Sequence record: SRR20825006_597
Direction: 5' to 3' (one strand)
Length of the DNA: 64,000 bases
The position numbers and the translations under genes were made by a program. Position 1 is the first letter of the stretch. The number at the start of each line of letters is the position of its first letter. Shown here one piece after another: positions 29,940 through 40,600 of this stretch. Under the pieces are notes generated by a model, which had not been told where the DNA came from, ran no database searches, and was given only the letters and a program-made list of their open reading frames with translations.

Positions 29940-30296
29940 TCAGATCAAACCGTTGCTATTGGGAGGTGGGACAGGAGGCTGCGTGACAAGAGAGAGCGCA
30001 TCAACAGGGGAGGGCTTGAGCCATTCGCTGGCGGGCACAGGTCTGAGCGTGATGGCCTGATGGGCGAGGGTGGCGCATGAGCTGTGTGGGAGGCAACACT
30101 GATGTTGCTCACATTCACCGCTATGGCGTTCTACGGATTCGCCATCTGGTTTGGCATCAGCGACATGAACCTGGCAGGACGCATCCACATTCACCGAGTG
30201 CGGAATCGACTCGGTTGCACCCGCTATGGCACTGCACAGCATCAACATGCCGAGCAGCAGGGCGGTGAAGGAATGTCTGGACTTGCTGAAATTCAT
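29940..30296 (-). CDS. Small exported His/Cys-rich protein (CzcI-like)
   Basis: Signal-like N-terminus, HSGECEQHQCCLPHSSC and C-terminal PPVPPP. Lies immediately upstream of czcC. Confidence 0.6.
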   Translation of the reverse strand: MNFSKSRHSFTALLLGMLMLCSAIAGATESIPHSVNVDASCQVHVADAKPDGESVERHSGECEQHQCCLPHSSCATLAHQAITLRPVPASEWLKPSPVDALSLVTQPPVPPPNSNGLI

Positions 30297-30666
30297 GTTT
30301 TGCCAGTGCCAAAAGAACCAAGCTGCATACTCTAGCAAGCAGCCTTGGTGCGTCAATCTGATTCTTACCAGCGGCAGTTTTGCACCCGGAATCCCCCATT
30401 ATGCCTATCTCTTGGCAAACGGACGGAGGCAGCGATTACCGGTCCCGGCCGTTTCGTTGAGTCCTATCTTGAAGTCGATCCAACATTAGGTGTACACATA
30501 ACCCCTATCCTCGAAACCCACCGACAGGAAGGCGGGGGTCCAGCGTATATGGCCGAACCTACAAAAGTACAGATGAAGGAGGGGGCAGCGTAAACAATCA
30601 GAAAACACCAACTACCTGCAGTTATATTTTTTAGAGAGGAAAGAACATCACTTTCCGGAGTTCAAT

Positions 30667-31395
30667 ATGGCCCAAAATATTTACGACGATCAGGTCTTTT
30701 TCGACGGCTATGCACAACTGCCGCGCTCTCAGTTCGGTTTAGACGCCGCCCCGGAATGGGCATCAGTTCAATCCATGCTTCCGGATATTTCCGGAAAAAG
30801 GGTGGTTGACCTTGGCTGCGGATATGGCTGGTTTTGTCGCAGCGCGCGGGAGGCGGGGGCCGCCGAGGTTCTGGGTATCGATTTGTCTGAAAAAATGCTG
30901 ACAAAGGCACGGGAACTCACCGTTGACAGCGGCATCAGCTATCAACTGGGAAATCTTGAACAGCTCGCGCTGCCTGGCAAAGCGAGTGACTTGGTATACA
31001 GCCAGATGGCGGTACATTACTTACCAGACCTAGCCCCATTGTTCGCCACTATTTATCAGGCATTGAAACCTGGCGGCTGGTTTATCTTCACGACCGAACA
31101 CCCGATCTACACCTGTTCTGTACGTCAGGGTTGGCTCACCGATGCTGAAGGCCAGCTGTCGTGGGCGGTCAATAACTACCAAAACGAAGGAAAGCGCGTC
31201 AGCAACTGGCTGGCTGACGGAGTGATCAAGTATCACCGAACTTTAGGTACCACATTGAACGCACTGATTGCTTCTGGTTTTTCTATTCGCCATGTCAATG
31301 AATGGGGGCCAACTGCGGAGCAAATAGAAGCAAACCCAGCGTTAGCCGAAGAGGCTGAGCGCCCCATGATGGTATTGATTGCTGCGCAGCGATGA
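30667..31395 (+). CDS. Class I SAM-dependent methyltransferase
   Basis: Motif I VVDLGCGYG, plus GIDLSEKML and LKPGGWF. RBS GGAG. Confidence 0.9.
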   Translation: MAQNIYDDQVFFDGYAQLPRSQFGLDAAPEWASVQSMLPDISGKRVVDLGCGYGWFCRSAREAGAAEVLGIDLSEKMLTKARELTVDSGISYQLGNLEQLALPGKASDLVYSQMAVHYLPDLAPLFATIYQALKPGGWFIFTTEHPIYTCSVRQGWLTDAEGQLSWAVNNYQNEGKRVSNWLADGVIKYHRTLGTTLNALIASGFSIRHVNEWGPTAEQIEANPALAEEAERPMMVLIAAQR

Positions 31396-31468
31396 GGCCA
31401 TCACTAGAACTTGTCGAAAACCTAGATATGGCCAGTCCCAAAAACAGGATGACCTCGAGTGATTTCTT

Positions 31469-31496
31469 ATTTAACATAATATACATTATGCGTGGT
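31469..31496 (-). other. dif: dif site (XerC/XerD chromosome dimer resolution site)
   Basis: Minus strand reads ACCACGCATAA-TGTATA-TTATGTTAAAT. The last 24 of 28 nt are identical to E. coli dif (GGTGCGCATAA-TGTATA-TTATGTTAAAT). It is intergenic between convergent genes, and KOPS polarity flips here. Confidence 0.93.
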
Positions 31497-31516
31497 TATC
31501 TATGCTCTCACTTGAT

Positions 31517-32422
31517 CTAATCCAGCCACGGCGGATGACTGCCAATACGCTCGATCAGGAAATCGATAAACACCCTGACCTTGGCCGTCAGTACGTTGGA
31601 TTTGGGATAGACAAGCCATAACGCAGGCTCTGCATCCATTCGATATTCTGGCAGCACCTGAACCAGGCTGCCTGCAGCCAGTTCCTTATGAATGCTCCAT
31701 AATGAATGTATTGCAATGCCAGCACCGCAGCGTGTGGCAATCTTATAGCTGAGTCCGTCGTCTATGGTGAGTCGGTGTCCGGGCACGCGAGTATTAAATT
31801 CTCCTCTCTTTCCGTCGAGGCCAGTCAGCTTGATGCTGGATGCAGATTTGAACGCGATCAGTTGGTGGTTTACCAGGTCATCCGGGCTTTCAGGTGTGCC
31901 GTGGGTGGCGAGATATTCCGGTGAAGCGCAAAGCATCCGTTTGTCCGCAGCAAGCTTACGCGCATGAAGATTACTATCTGGCAAAACAGCATTGCGTAAT
32001 GCTAGATCAAAGCTCCCCTGTATCAGGTCCAGTTCCATGTCAGACAGCCGCAAATCCAGGCTGATTCCCGGATGTAATGCCAGAAATTCGGGTATTAACG
32101 GAACAATGAACTGTTGCGCGAAAGTGCTGGATGCCGTGAATCGCAGATTCCCGGAAACCGTTTCATTACCGTAGCCCAGCGCCGCCAGTGCGGCGTTTTC
32201 CTGAGCCAGAATTTCACGGGCATAAGGCAGGAATTCTGCCCCTTCCACAGACAGCGCCACCTTACGTGTGGTCCGCTTCAACAAATCTGCGCCAACGCCC
32301 TTTTCGAGCTTTGCCAGCTTGGCGCTGGCGACCGCCGGAGGCATGCCCAGCTCGCGCCCTGCGGCACTGATATTGAGCTTCTCAGCGGCCAGGACGAACA
32401 GCTTTATCCCTTCTGTGTCCAT
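31517..32422 (-). CDS. LysR family regulator (CrgA-like)
   Basis: HTH NISAAGRELG...AKLEKGVGADLLKRTTRKV, plus FDLALR and AKVRVFIDFL. Start ATG 32422. Confidence 0.92.
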   Translation of the reverse strand: MDTEGIKLFVLAAEKLNISAAGRELGMPPAVASAKLAKLEKGVGADLLKRTTRKVALSVEGAEFLPYAREILAQENAALAALGYGNETVSGNLRFTASSTFAQQFIVPLIPEFLALHPGISLDLRLSDMELDLIQGSFDLALRNAVLPDSNLHARKLAADKRMLCASPEYLATHGTPESPDDLVNHQLIAFKSASSIKLTGLDGKRGEFNTRVPGHRLTIDDGLSYKIATRCGAGIAIHSLWSIHKELAAGSLVQVLPEYRMDAEPALWLVYPKSNVLTAKVRVFIDFLIERIGSHPPWLD

Positions 32423-32537
32423 CTTTATATCCGAAATACGAATACTGAAACCCAATAGTGCCCATTTATTCGTGCAAAGCGAATCAATATGGTTGCTCCA
32501 ACGAAATAATTTCCGTCTCACACAGCTGGAGCAAGAC

Positions 32538-33527
32538 ATGAAAGCGATGGTTCTCAATCAATATGGTCCCGATGCCAGGTTTGAGCAGGCAGAAATCAAC
32601 ACCCCGCAAGCGCAAGCGGGACAGGTGATTGTCCGTGTGGCAGCAGTCAGCGTTAATACCGTGGATACGATGATTCGACAGATGGGCGCGGATCTCCTCC
32701 CCCTTTCCCCTGAACTTCCTGCTGTTCTGGGCATGGACTTTGCCGGGACTATTGAATCGGTGGGAGACGGCGTAACCGGTTTTGCCCCGGGGGATGATGT
32801 CTACGGTTGTGCCGGTGGTCTGGCAGATTTGCAAGGTGCCTTGGCCGAATACATACCGGCGGATGCCCGCTTGATTGCTCACAAGCCCAAAAGCCTGTCC
32901 ATGCGTGAAGCCGCCGCCCTCCCCCTTGTAGGCATTACGGCCTACGAAGGCCTGCAACGTGCAGGTGTCGGTGCCGGGCAGAATGTTCTGGTTCACGGTG
33001 GCACCGGCGGTGTCGGGCATGTGGCGGTGCAGCTGGCAGGGCATCAGGGTGCCAGGGTGTTCACAACAGTATCCGGCGGCCAACCATTTGAAATTGTCCG
33101 TGGCTACGGCGCGACCCCTATTGATTACAAGAAAAACAGCGTGGCTGACTATGTCACTGAACACACTGACGGAGCCGGTTTTGATGTGGTTTTCGATTCC
33201 GTGGGTGGCGCCAATATGACGAACAGTTTTGAAGCGGCCGCATTGAATGGTCAGGTTGTCACCACCGTTGCGATGCTGGAGCTGGATCTGAATCCGGCCC
33301 ATTTCAAGGGGCTCTCAATTCATGTGGTGTTCATGCTGATCCCAATGCTGCACAACCATCAACGTGAGGACCATGGCCGGATTCTGTCTAATCTGGCAAC
33401 GATCGTTGACGAAGGTGCGCTCTGCCCTCTTCTTGATGAGCAACGTTTCAGCTTCGACGAGGTGGGGCTTGCCTACGAACGCCTGACCAGTGGCCAAGCC
33501 ACTGGAAAGGTGGTGGTGGAGCGCTGA
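32538..33527 (+). CDS. MDR/quinone-oxidoreductase-like dehydrogenase
   Basis: Motifs LGMDFAG, AAALPLVGITA, VHGGTGGVGH and GKVVV. RBS GGAG. Confidence 0.9.
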   Translation: MKAMVLNQYGPDARFEQAEINTPQAQAGQVIVRVAAVSVNTVDTMIRQMGADLLPLSPELPAVLGMDFAGTIESVGDGVTGFAPGDDVYGCAGGLADLQGALAEYIPADARLIAHKPKSLSMREAAALPLVGITAYEGLQRAGVGAGQNVLVHGGTGGVGHVAVQLAGHQGARVFTTVSGGQPFEIVRGYGATPIDYKKNSVADYVTEHTDGAGFDVVFDSVGGANMTNSFEAAALNGQVVTTVAMLELDLNPAHFKGLSIHVVFMLIPMLHNHQREDHGRILSNLATIVDEGALCPLLDEQRFSFDEVGLAYERLTSGQATGKVVVER

Positions 33528-33599
33528 GCCCCCCTCTGGCGGCCCACCATTATTTAATGGCGGGCCCGATCCCACCACAGATAGCAAGGGAGCAACCTC

Positions 33600-34613
33600 A
33601 TGGTCCAGGAGATGACGTTTCCATCAATTAACCACGGTTATAACCGCGTTTTCCAGCCTGGTCGCTTGAGTGTTGGGTTGGTTGTACCTTTGGAGAGCTA
33701 TCCTTCAGGACCGGTTCCCTCGATGGAGCGCCATCTGGAAAGAGCGCTGTTAGCCGAACGGGCGGGCTTCGCGGCATTGTGGTTAAGGGATGTGCCGTTC
33801 AACGTGCCGGCCTTTGGCGATGCCGGGCAAGTGCACGATCCCTTTGTTTATCTTGGTTTCCTTGCGGCGCACACCCGCAGCATTGCTCTTGGTGTGGCCA
33901 GCCTGGTTTTGCCGTTGCGACATCCCGCCCACGTTGCCAAGGCGGCGGCCAGTGTTGATCACTTGTCTAATGGGCGGCTGATTCTTGGCATCGCTTCCGG
34001 TGATCGCCCGGATGAATATCCTGCGTTCAGACAGAATCATGCCAACCGCGGTCAGCGGTTTCGCGAAAGTGTCGATTACATTCGCAGTATGGCGGAATCA
34101 TCACCTTTTACTAACAGCACTTTCGGGCACACCAGTGGTGATATGGACCTGTTGCCAAAACCGCTGACAGGAAAGATTCCCCTGTTAATTACCGGCAGCA
34201 GCCAGCAGCATCCCCAGTGGGCGGCCAATAATGGCGATGGCTGGATCACCTACCCACGGGATGTCGATGCACAACAAACCGCCGTAACACAGTGGCGTGC
34301 ATCGATTGCTTCTGAAGACACGTTCTCCAGACCGGTCATGCAATCGCTGTATGTCGATCTTGAAGATGATCCTAATGTTGGGCCGGTACCCATTCATTTG
34401 GGTTTCCGGTCTGGCATTAACGCCCTGAAGAAATACCTGGAGTCGCTGGAAGGCATTGGCGTCAATCATGTGGCACTCAACTTGCGCTTCAACCGGGCAA
34501 ATACGGAAACGACCATCAAACAATTGGCGGATGAGCTCCTTCCGCTTTTTCCGTCTCCCGAACTGCCGCCCTGTTCATTATCAGCTGCACCCACAATAGA
34601 GGTAAGCCCATGA
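33600..34613 (+). CDS. Luciferase-like (LLM class) flavin oxidoreductase
   Basis: Motifs LWLRDVPF, DPFVYLG, LPLRHP and LGIASGDRP. Confidence 0.88.
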   Translation: MVQEMTFPSINHGYNRVFQPGRLSVGLVVPLESYPSGPVPSMERHLERALLAERAGFAALWLRDVPFNVPAFGDAGQVHDPFVYLGFLAAHTRSIALGVASLVLPLRHPAHVAKAAASVDHLSNGRLILGIASGDRPDEYPAFRQNHANRGQRFRESVDYIRSMAESSPFTNSTFGHTSGDMDLLPKPLTGKIPLLITGSSQQHPQWAANNGDGWITYPRDVDAQQTAVTQWRASIASEDTFSRPVMQSLYVDLEDDPNVGPVPIHLGFRSGINALKKYLESLEGIGVNHVALNLRFNRANTETTIKQLADELLPLFPSPELPPCSLSAAPTIEVSP

Positions 34614-35416
34614 CAAAGCGTATTCTCATTACCGGCGCCACAGACGGTATCGGCCTTGAAACGGCAAAGCGTCTAGTCGGTGAAGGTCATCATGTGATAA
34701 TCCATGGTCGCAATCCGGAAAAAATTGCCGATGCTAAACAAGAGCTCCTTGCGACACCAAGCGATGGCTGGGTTGAAACCTGCCAGGCGGACTTGTCCCG
34801 GCTCAACGAAGTGGGAGCCCTAGCGGAACAGCTGTGTGCCAGGCATGCCCCCCTGGACGTTATCATTAACAACGCCGGCATCCTGCGCTCCCCCACTCCA
34901 GTTACTCCTGAAGGGCTGGATATTCGGTTTGTCGTTAACACGCTGGCCCCCTACCTTCTCACCAAGCAACTCACCACTGCCCTTGCCCTACAGGCACGCA
35001 TTATTAACCTGTCGTCCGCGGCACAGGCAACCGTGGAGCTAGCCGCCCTGAAGGGCGAAAAGCCGCTGGATGACATGCAGGCCTATGCCCAGAGCAAGCT
35101 GGCGCTAACCATGTGGACCCGCGCCCTTTCCCAGCGGAAAGAAAACCGGGATGTTGTAATTGTCGCGGTCAACCCCGGATCATTGCTTGCGTCGAAAATG
35201 GTTAAGGAGGGTTTCGGAGTGGCCGGAAAGAGCCTGGCAATTGGTGCTGACATCCTGGTAAAAGTGGCCTTGTCTGGCGAGTTCAATGACGCGTCAGGGC
35301 GCTATTTTGATAATGACGAGGGGCGTTTTGCCTCCCCTCATCAAGATGCTTTGGACGACGACAAATGTGCGGATCTGGTCGCCATGCTGGAAGCCTTGTT
35401 AAAGGGTGTTGGTTAA
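34610..35416 (+). CDS. SDR family oxidoreductase
   Basis: [12 protein letters not shown] and YAQSK (YxxxK). Confidence 0.9.
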   Translation: MTKRILITGATDGIGLETAKRLVGEGHHVIIHGRNPEKIADAKQELLATPSDGWVETCQADLSRLNEVGALAEQLCARHAPLDVIINNAGILRSPTPVTPEGLDIRFVVNTLAPYLLTKQLTTALALQARIINLSSAAQATVELAALKGEKPLDDMQAYAQSKLALTMWTRALSQRKENRDVVIVAVNPGSLLASKMVKEGFGVAGKSLAIGADILVKVALSGEFNDASGRYFDNDEGRFASPHQDALDDDKCADLVAMLEALLKGVG

Positions 35417-36279
35417 CGACGAGTTTTATCGTTTCCCTTCACGTAATACGGACCATCCGTACGCACATACAAGGTAACCGGGTCATCCGTTTGATTGTGA
35501 ACCTCATGCTTAATGGTGCCACTAGATTCGATATAGCTACCGTCCTTCAATGAAGACGATGAGGAAACGGCTTCCACTGCCCCTGCCGAGCGGTAATCAA
35601 TTTCACCTGCTATCAACACGGCTCGGAACTCAATGGCCTGTGTCTTGATGAAACCGGAGAACCCGGCAGGCAAACGGATCATGGCACCATTCACGCCTGT
35701 GCCACTTTGCCAAAGCTGGGCCGCCTCCACATCGTCAGCTTGCAGGGAATATAGCTCGCCACCGTTCTGCCAGACCAGGTTGTCTGCATGAACATTCAGC
35801 GGATGCTCACCATTATCATAGGCTTTGCTTGAAGGCTGCACCCGATAAGGGCCCGCATCAATTTCCAAGTAGATCAGGTTTTCATCTGCACCGGCTGCGG
35901 TAATGTGGTCTGCGCCGGCAGGTTGAGTCCAGAATGAAGTTGCTGGCATCCACATTGGTTGAGCATCGGGGTCGTCGTTATGCATCTGCCCTTTAATCAC
36001 TATGCCGCGGTAGGTGATGTTGTGGATATGGGGTGGAGACTGGAAGCCCTTATCGAAACGCACCAGCATCCCCGTTGCGGTATCGACCGCTCGGTCCCCC
36101 CAAAGATTCGCGGCACCCGGGCTTAACTTGCCTCTCGCAGGGTTAAGGTAGCCCCAGTCCACATCCTCGGCAGGTACTACCGTGAGACGAGCTTGGGCTT
36201 GCGGGCTTTCAGCGTATATCGCGCTCGCAGCAGCGAACAGCACCAGTGCAGTTGCTTTATTGAAGGTGGTCATCGCCAT
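35413..36279 (-). CDS. DUF4437 family exported cupin protein
   Basis: Signal peptide, [26 protein letters not shown] and SFWTQPAG. Confidence 0.78.
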   Translation of the reverse strand: MAMTTFNKATALVLFAAASAIYAESPQAQARLTVVPAEDVDWGYLNPARGKLSPGAANLWGDRAVDTATGMLVRFDKGFQSPPHIHNITYRGIVIKGQMHNDDPDAQPMWMPATSFWTQPAGADHITAAGADENLIYLEIDAGPYRVQPSSKAYDNGEHPLNVHADNLVWQNGGELYSLQADDVEAAQLWQSGTGVNGAMIRLPAGFSGFIKTQAIEFRAVLIAGEIDYRSAGAVEAVSSSSSLKDGSYIESSGTIKHEVHNQTDDPVTLYVRTDGPYYVKGNDKTRR

Positions 36280-36563
36280 GCACTCTTTCAGATTAAAGGG
36301 CTGTAACGCTAACTCGCTTCGTCATGCATAAAAACGAGGCATTGAGGAATTCAGTTATCGTCAAATAGGAGCAATTGCCTCAACCCAGGTGTAGAGCGGC
36401 TGTCACATATCATCCGATATCATTCAGTGCCGTGGTGACGGATACCCCACAGGGAAAATAAGGCCATACGGACGTAAACGATTCAGATTTGCATCTCAGC
36501 TCCCAGAAACGTTAAATCCCCCTGTCCGGCTTGTTCATTGTACTTTTGGGGTCACACCATCCT

Positions 36564-37628
36564 ATGTCCGCTTTACGCCTCTGCCTGCTCGCCATTCTGG
36601 CCCTCCCCTTGCTGGCTCTAGCAGCAACACCTGTCACCGTTGCGACTGTTGAGATGAAACAGCCTGTCCGTGAGTTGCTGATTAACGGGACACTTGCTGC
36701 CGATCAGTCTGCACGCTTATCGGCGTCCGTATCCGGCCTGGTTGACCGTGTTGGCGTGGATATTGGCGATACGGTTGGGGCTGGCGATGTGTTGCTGGAA
36801 CTGGATGCAGAGTTGAATCAATTGACCCTTCAGCAAGCACAGGCGAGTTATCGACAGCAGGCCGCCACGCTGAATGATGCAAAACGGCGCCTCACAGAAG
36901 CCAACTCGCTAAGCCGCAGTATTGCGGCCAGTGAAATTCGTAGCCTGCAAGCGGAAGTGGAAACCAGCACAGCCTCCCTGGCTGCCAGCCAGGCGGAAGT
37001 TTCACGGCAAAAAGCGCTGCTCAAGCGCCACACGCTGTCAGCCCCTTTTGCCGGCGTAATTAGCGCGAAACTCACAGAAGTCGGTGAATGGGTTACACCA
37101 GGAACACCGGTGCTTGAATTGGTTGGCAGTAATACCCTGCATGCAGATTTTGCCGTTCCTCAGCGTTATTTTTCGCAAATCAGCCGGGAGACGCCGCTAA
37201 CCATTCGCTTGGAGGGCGCGACAGCCAACCGGCCAAACAGCACGGCCCAAACGGACATTCAGGCCGAAATTGCCGCCATCGTACCGGTAAATGACCCGTC
37301 GGCACGCACCTTCGTGCTGCGTGCCAGCTTGCCTTCCAAGGGGCTGACACCAGGCATGGCCGTGTTCGGCAACCTGGCCATCCAGTCATCCAGCGCTGAG
37401 CCCGTAGTGCCCCGGGATGCCCTTCTCCGTGATGTTCAGGGCAATGTGTCGGTCTGGGTGGCGGTCCCGGAGGGCGACGCCTTGATAGCCAGTCGCCGGG
37501 CTATCAAGGTTCGGCCCGGGCAGGCTGATCCGGTGATCGTTCAAGAGGGCTTGAGCCAGGGTGACAAGGTCGTTATCCGTGGCAACGAAGGGCTGCGTGA
37601 CGGTGACCAAATCCAGGTGACGAACTGA
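36564..37628 (+). CDS. RND efflux periplasmic adaptor subunit
   Basis: Lipoyl halves (VGVDIGDTV, LSAPFAGVI), an alpha-hairpin and GLSQGDKVVIRG. Confidence 0.88.
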   Translation: MSALRLCLLAILALPLLALAATPVTVATVEMKQPVRELLINGTLAADQSARLSASVSGLVDRVGVDIGDTVGAGDVLLELDAELNQLTLQQAQASYRQQAATLNDAKRRLTEANSLSRSIAASEIRSLQAEVETSTASLAASQAEVSRQKALLKRHTLSAPFAGVISAKLTEVGEWVTPGTPVLELVGSNTLHADFAVPQRYFSQISRETPLTIRLEGATANRPNSTAQTDIQAEIAAIVPVNDPSARTFVLRASLPSKGLTPGMAVFGNLAIQSSSAEPVVPRDALLRDVQGNVSVWVAVPEGDALIASRRAIKVRPGQADPVIVQEGLSQGDKVVIRGNEGLRDGDQIQVTN

Positions 37629-40600
37629 TGTTTGAGCGGATTGTTCGTAACGGCACCTTGATGACGGTGATCGTCCTGATCATCACCCTGCTGGGCATTC
37701 TCGCCGCGCTGCGTATTCCGGTGCAGATGATTCCGGACCTGGAGGTTCGCACGATCAGTGTGCTGACCCGCTGGTCCGGGGCCACGCCCCAGGATGTGGA
37801 GAAAGAAATTCTGATTGAGCAGGAAGAATACCTGCGCAATCTGCCCAATCTGCGTCGCCTCACGGCAACTGCCTACAGTGGCGAAGCGGAAATCGAGCTG
37901 GAATTTCCCTTTGGCGTAGATATTACCGATGCGTTGATCCGGGTGAACAACGCGCTCAGCCAGGTGCCGGCCTACCCGGATACGGTGGACCAGCCGCAGA
38001 TTCTTTCCTCCTCATTCTCCAGTAATTCCTTCATGTATTTCAGCGTCTATCCACAGCCCGGCAACCCCCGCGGGCTGGACATGGACATGATGCGTGACTT
38101 TATTGACGACGAAGTCCGCCCGCGCATGGAAAGCGTGCAAGGCGTCTCCATGGTGGAAATGCGCGGTGGCGCAGAACGGCAGATCCAGGTGTTGCTCGAT
38201 GCCCAGGCGTTGGCCCAGTTCGGCCTGACGGTGGTGGGCGTTCGCGATGCCCTGCGCGAGCGCAACCAGGATGTCTCCGGCGGTGAAGTGGATAGTGGCA
38301 AACGGCGCTACCTGCTGCGTACAGTGGGCCGCTTCGAGAATCTGGATGATCTCAATGATCTGATCTTGCTACGTCAGGGTGATTCCCTCGTGCGTCTGCG
38401 GGATGTGGCGACCGTGGTTATGGATCACTTCCCGGTCCGGCAAATTTCCCGGTTCAATGGCAACCCGGTGATCATGCTGGCAGTGCGCCGGGAAACCGGC
38501 TCCAACGTGATCGATATCAAGCAGGAAATGTTGAAACAGGTCGCACTGATTAAAAAGGAGGTGCTGAAACCCGCAAGCATGGACATGTCGCTGATGTCCG
38601 ATGACGTGCGTTACGTGGAAGCCTCCGTGGCCAATGTGTGGATTAACCTGGGTATCGGTGCGGTGTTTGCTACCCTGGTGATGTTCCTGTTTTTGCGCTC
38701 AGTGCGCATTACTGCGGTCGGTGTCATCGGCATTCCGATCTGCACCATCGCCGCTTTCCTTGGGCTGCTGCTGGCCGGGCGAACCATCAATGTGATTTCC
38801 ATGGCAGGCATTGCCTTTGCCATCGGCATGACCCTGGATAACTCCATTGTGGTGCTGGAAAGCATCGAGATGGAACGGCGCAAAGGCCTGGATCGGTTCC
38901 GAGCTGCGGTGAGCGGCATCCAGAAGGTCTGGCCGGCCGTATTTGCCTCCACCATGACCACGGTGCTGGTGTTCCTGCCGGTGGTCTTTATCCAGGAAGA
39001 AGCCGGGCAACTGTATTCCGATATCGCCATCGCCGTTTCCGCTTCGATTCTGGTATCCATGCTGGTGGCCATGACAGTCATCCCCACCCTTTCCGCCCGG
39101 CTGGATTTTGCCGCCGTGATGGAACATGACGGCGAACATAGCCGCTGGATGCAAGCAATCAACCGCTGGGCGACACGGCTATCAGCCACCCGCCCCCGTC
39201 AGCTTGCCACGCTGGCCGTTACGTTACTGGTCGCCAGCGCTATCGTGATATTTCTGACTCCCCCGGCGGAATATCTGCCCGAAGGGGAAGAGCCCAAGAC
39301 CTTCGCCAGCATGAATGCCCCGCCCGGCTATAACCTGGAAACCATGGCCGCAATCGCTGATGAAGTAGAAGCACAGTTGCTGCCATTGGTCGGCCAGGAC
39401 CCGCAAGCCTATGACCGTGGCGAACTCGACATGCCGCCACTGAAGTACATGAACATGGGCGTCAGTGCCGAGAATCTGCGCATCATCGCTGAACCCATGG
39501 ACCCGGCCCATATGGAGCCGATGATGGACGGGATCACCCGGGTTTACCGGCAATACCCTGGTATGCGCGCCTTCGCGGCACGCGGCTCGATCATTTCCAG
39601 CAACGATGGCGGCACCCGCAGCGTAACGCTGGATGTGGCGGGTAAGGATCTGGCTGAGATTTATGAGGTGGCCAGAACACTGTATCGAGAAGCGGAAGCT
39701 ATCTTCGACAACCCGCGCATCCAGTCCCAGCCCGCCAGCCTGTCGTTGGCCCAGCCACTGATTGAGGTCCGTCCGATCTGGAGCCGCGCGGCGGAGGTGC
39801 GTTTCTCTACCCGAGATCTGGGTTATACCGTGGCAGCACTCACCGATGGCGCCTTCCTGGACGAGTTTTTCCTCGGCGATGACAAGGTGGATATCTACGC
39901 CTATAGCGATCGCACCGGCAGTAGCCCTTCGTTAACAACCCTCCCAGGCTTGCCAGTGCATACGCCCATTGGCGCAACGGTGCCGCTATCCTCCCTGGCG
40001 GACCTTCAGGAAACCGTAGACACCAGCGTAGTGCGCCGGGTGAACGGTCGCCGCACGGTGACGTTGAATATCATCCCGCCCCGTTCCGTGCCGCTGGAAA
40101 GCGGCGTGGCACAAGTGCGCGCCATGGTGCAGCAATTACGCGACGACGGGGTCATCCCCGACACCATCAGCATCAGCCTGTCCGGCGCCAGCGACCAGCT
40201 TCAGGCCACCCAGAAATCACTCAGTGGCAACTATGTGGTCGCCCTGCTGCTGGTGTACCTGCTGCTGGTGGCGATTTTCAAGCACTGGGGCTACCCGTTG
40301 CTGATCATGACCACCATTCCGTTAGGCATTGCCAGCGGCTTGCTCGGCCTGGCGTTAATGAATGCGGCGGGGATCAGCCAGCCTTTCGACATGATCACCA
40401 TGCTGGGCTTTTTGATCCTCATGGGCACGGTGGTGAACAACCCCATTCTGATAGTTCACGAAGCCACTCTGAATATTCGTGCCGGTAGCGGCGCTGCCCA
40501 GGCGGTCAGCGACGCGGTGGCATCACGACTGCGACCGATTGCCATGACCACCATCACCACCGTGTGTGGCCTGGCACCGCTGGTGCTCATTCCCGGTGAA

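Noticed and set aside
30382..30409. TTATGCCTATC, resembling a XerC arm
   Set aside because: There is no partner arm at 6-8 bp spacing.
30491..30518. Possible second degenerate dif (TGTACACATAA-CCCCTA-TCCTCGAAACC) flanking the methyltransferase as a pdif-like module
   Set aside because: Only ACATAA and one other base match one arm, and the other arm lacks TTAT. This is too weak without a PWM scan or comparative data.
32268..32557. N-terminal extensions of LysR and MDR in the ORF track that make them overlap
   Set aside because: Domain boundaries, and the RBS for MDR, support starts at 32422 and 32538. I applied similar trimming to the MFS gene, trpS, ccoN, ccoO, hemN, fnr, uspE and corA.
33541..33566. 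Hairpin GGCCCACCATT...AATGGCGGGCC between the MDR and LLM genes
   Set aside because: An ordinary intercistronic stem without a U-tract, with no evidence for a special element.
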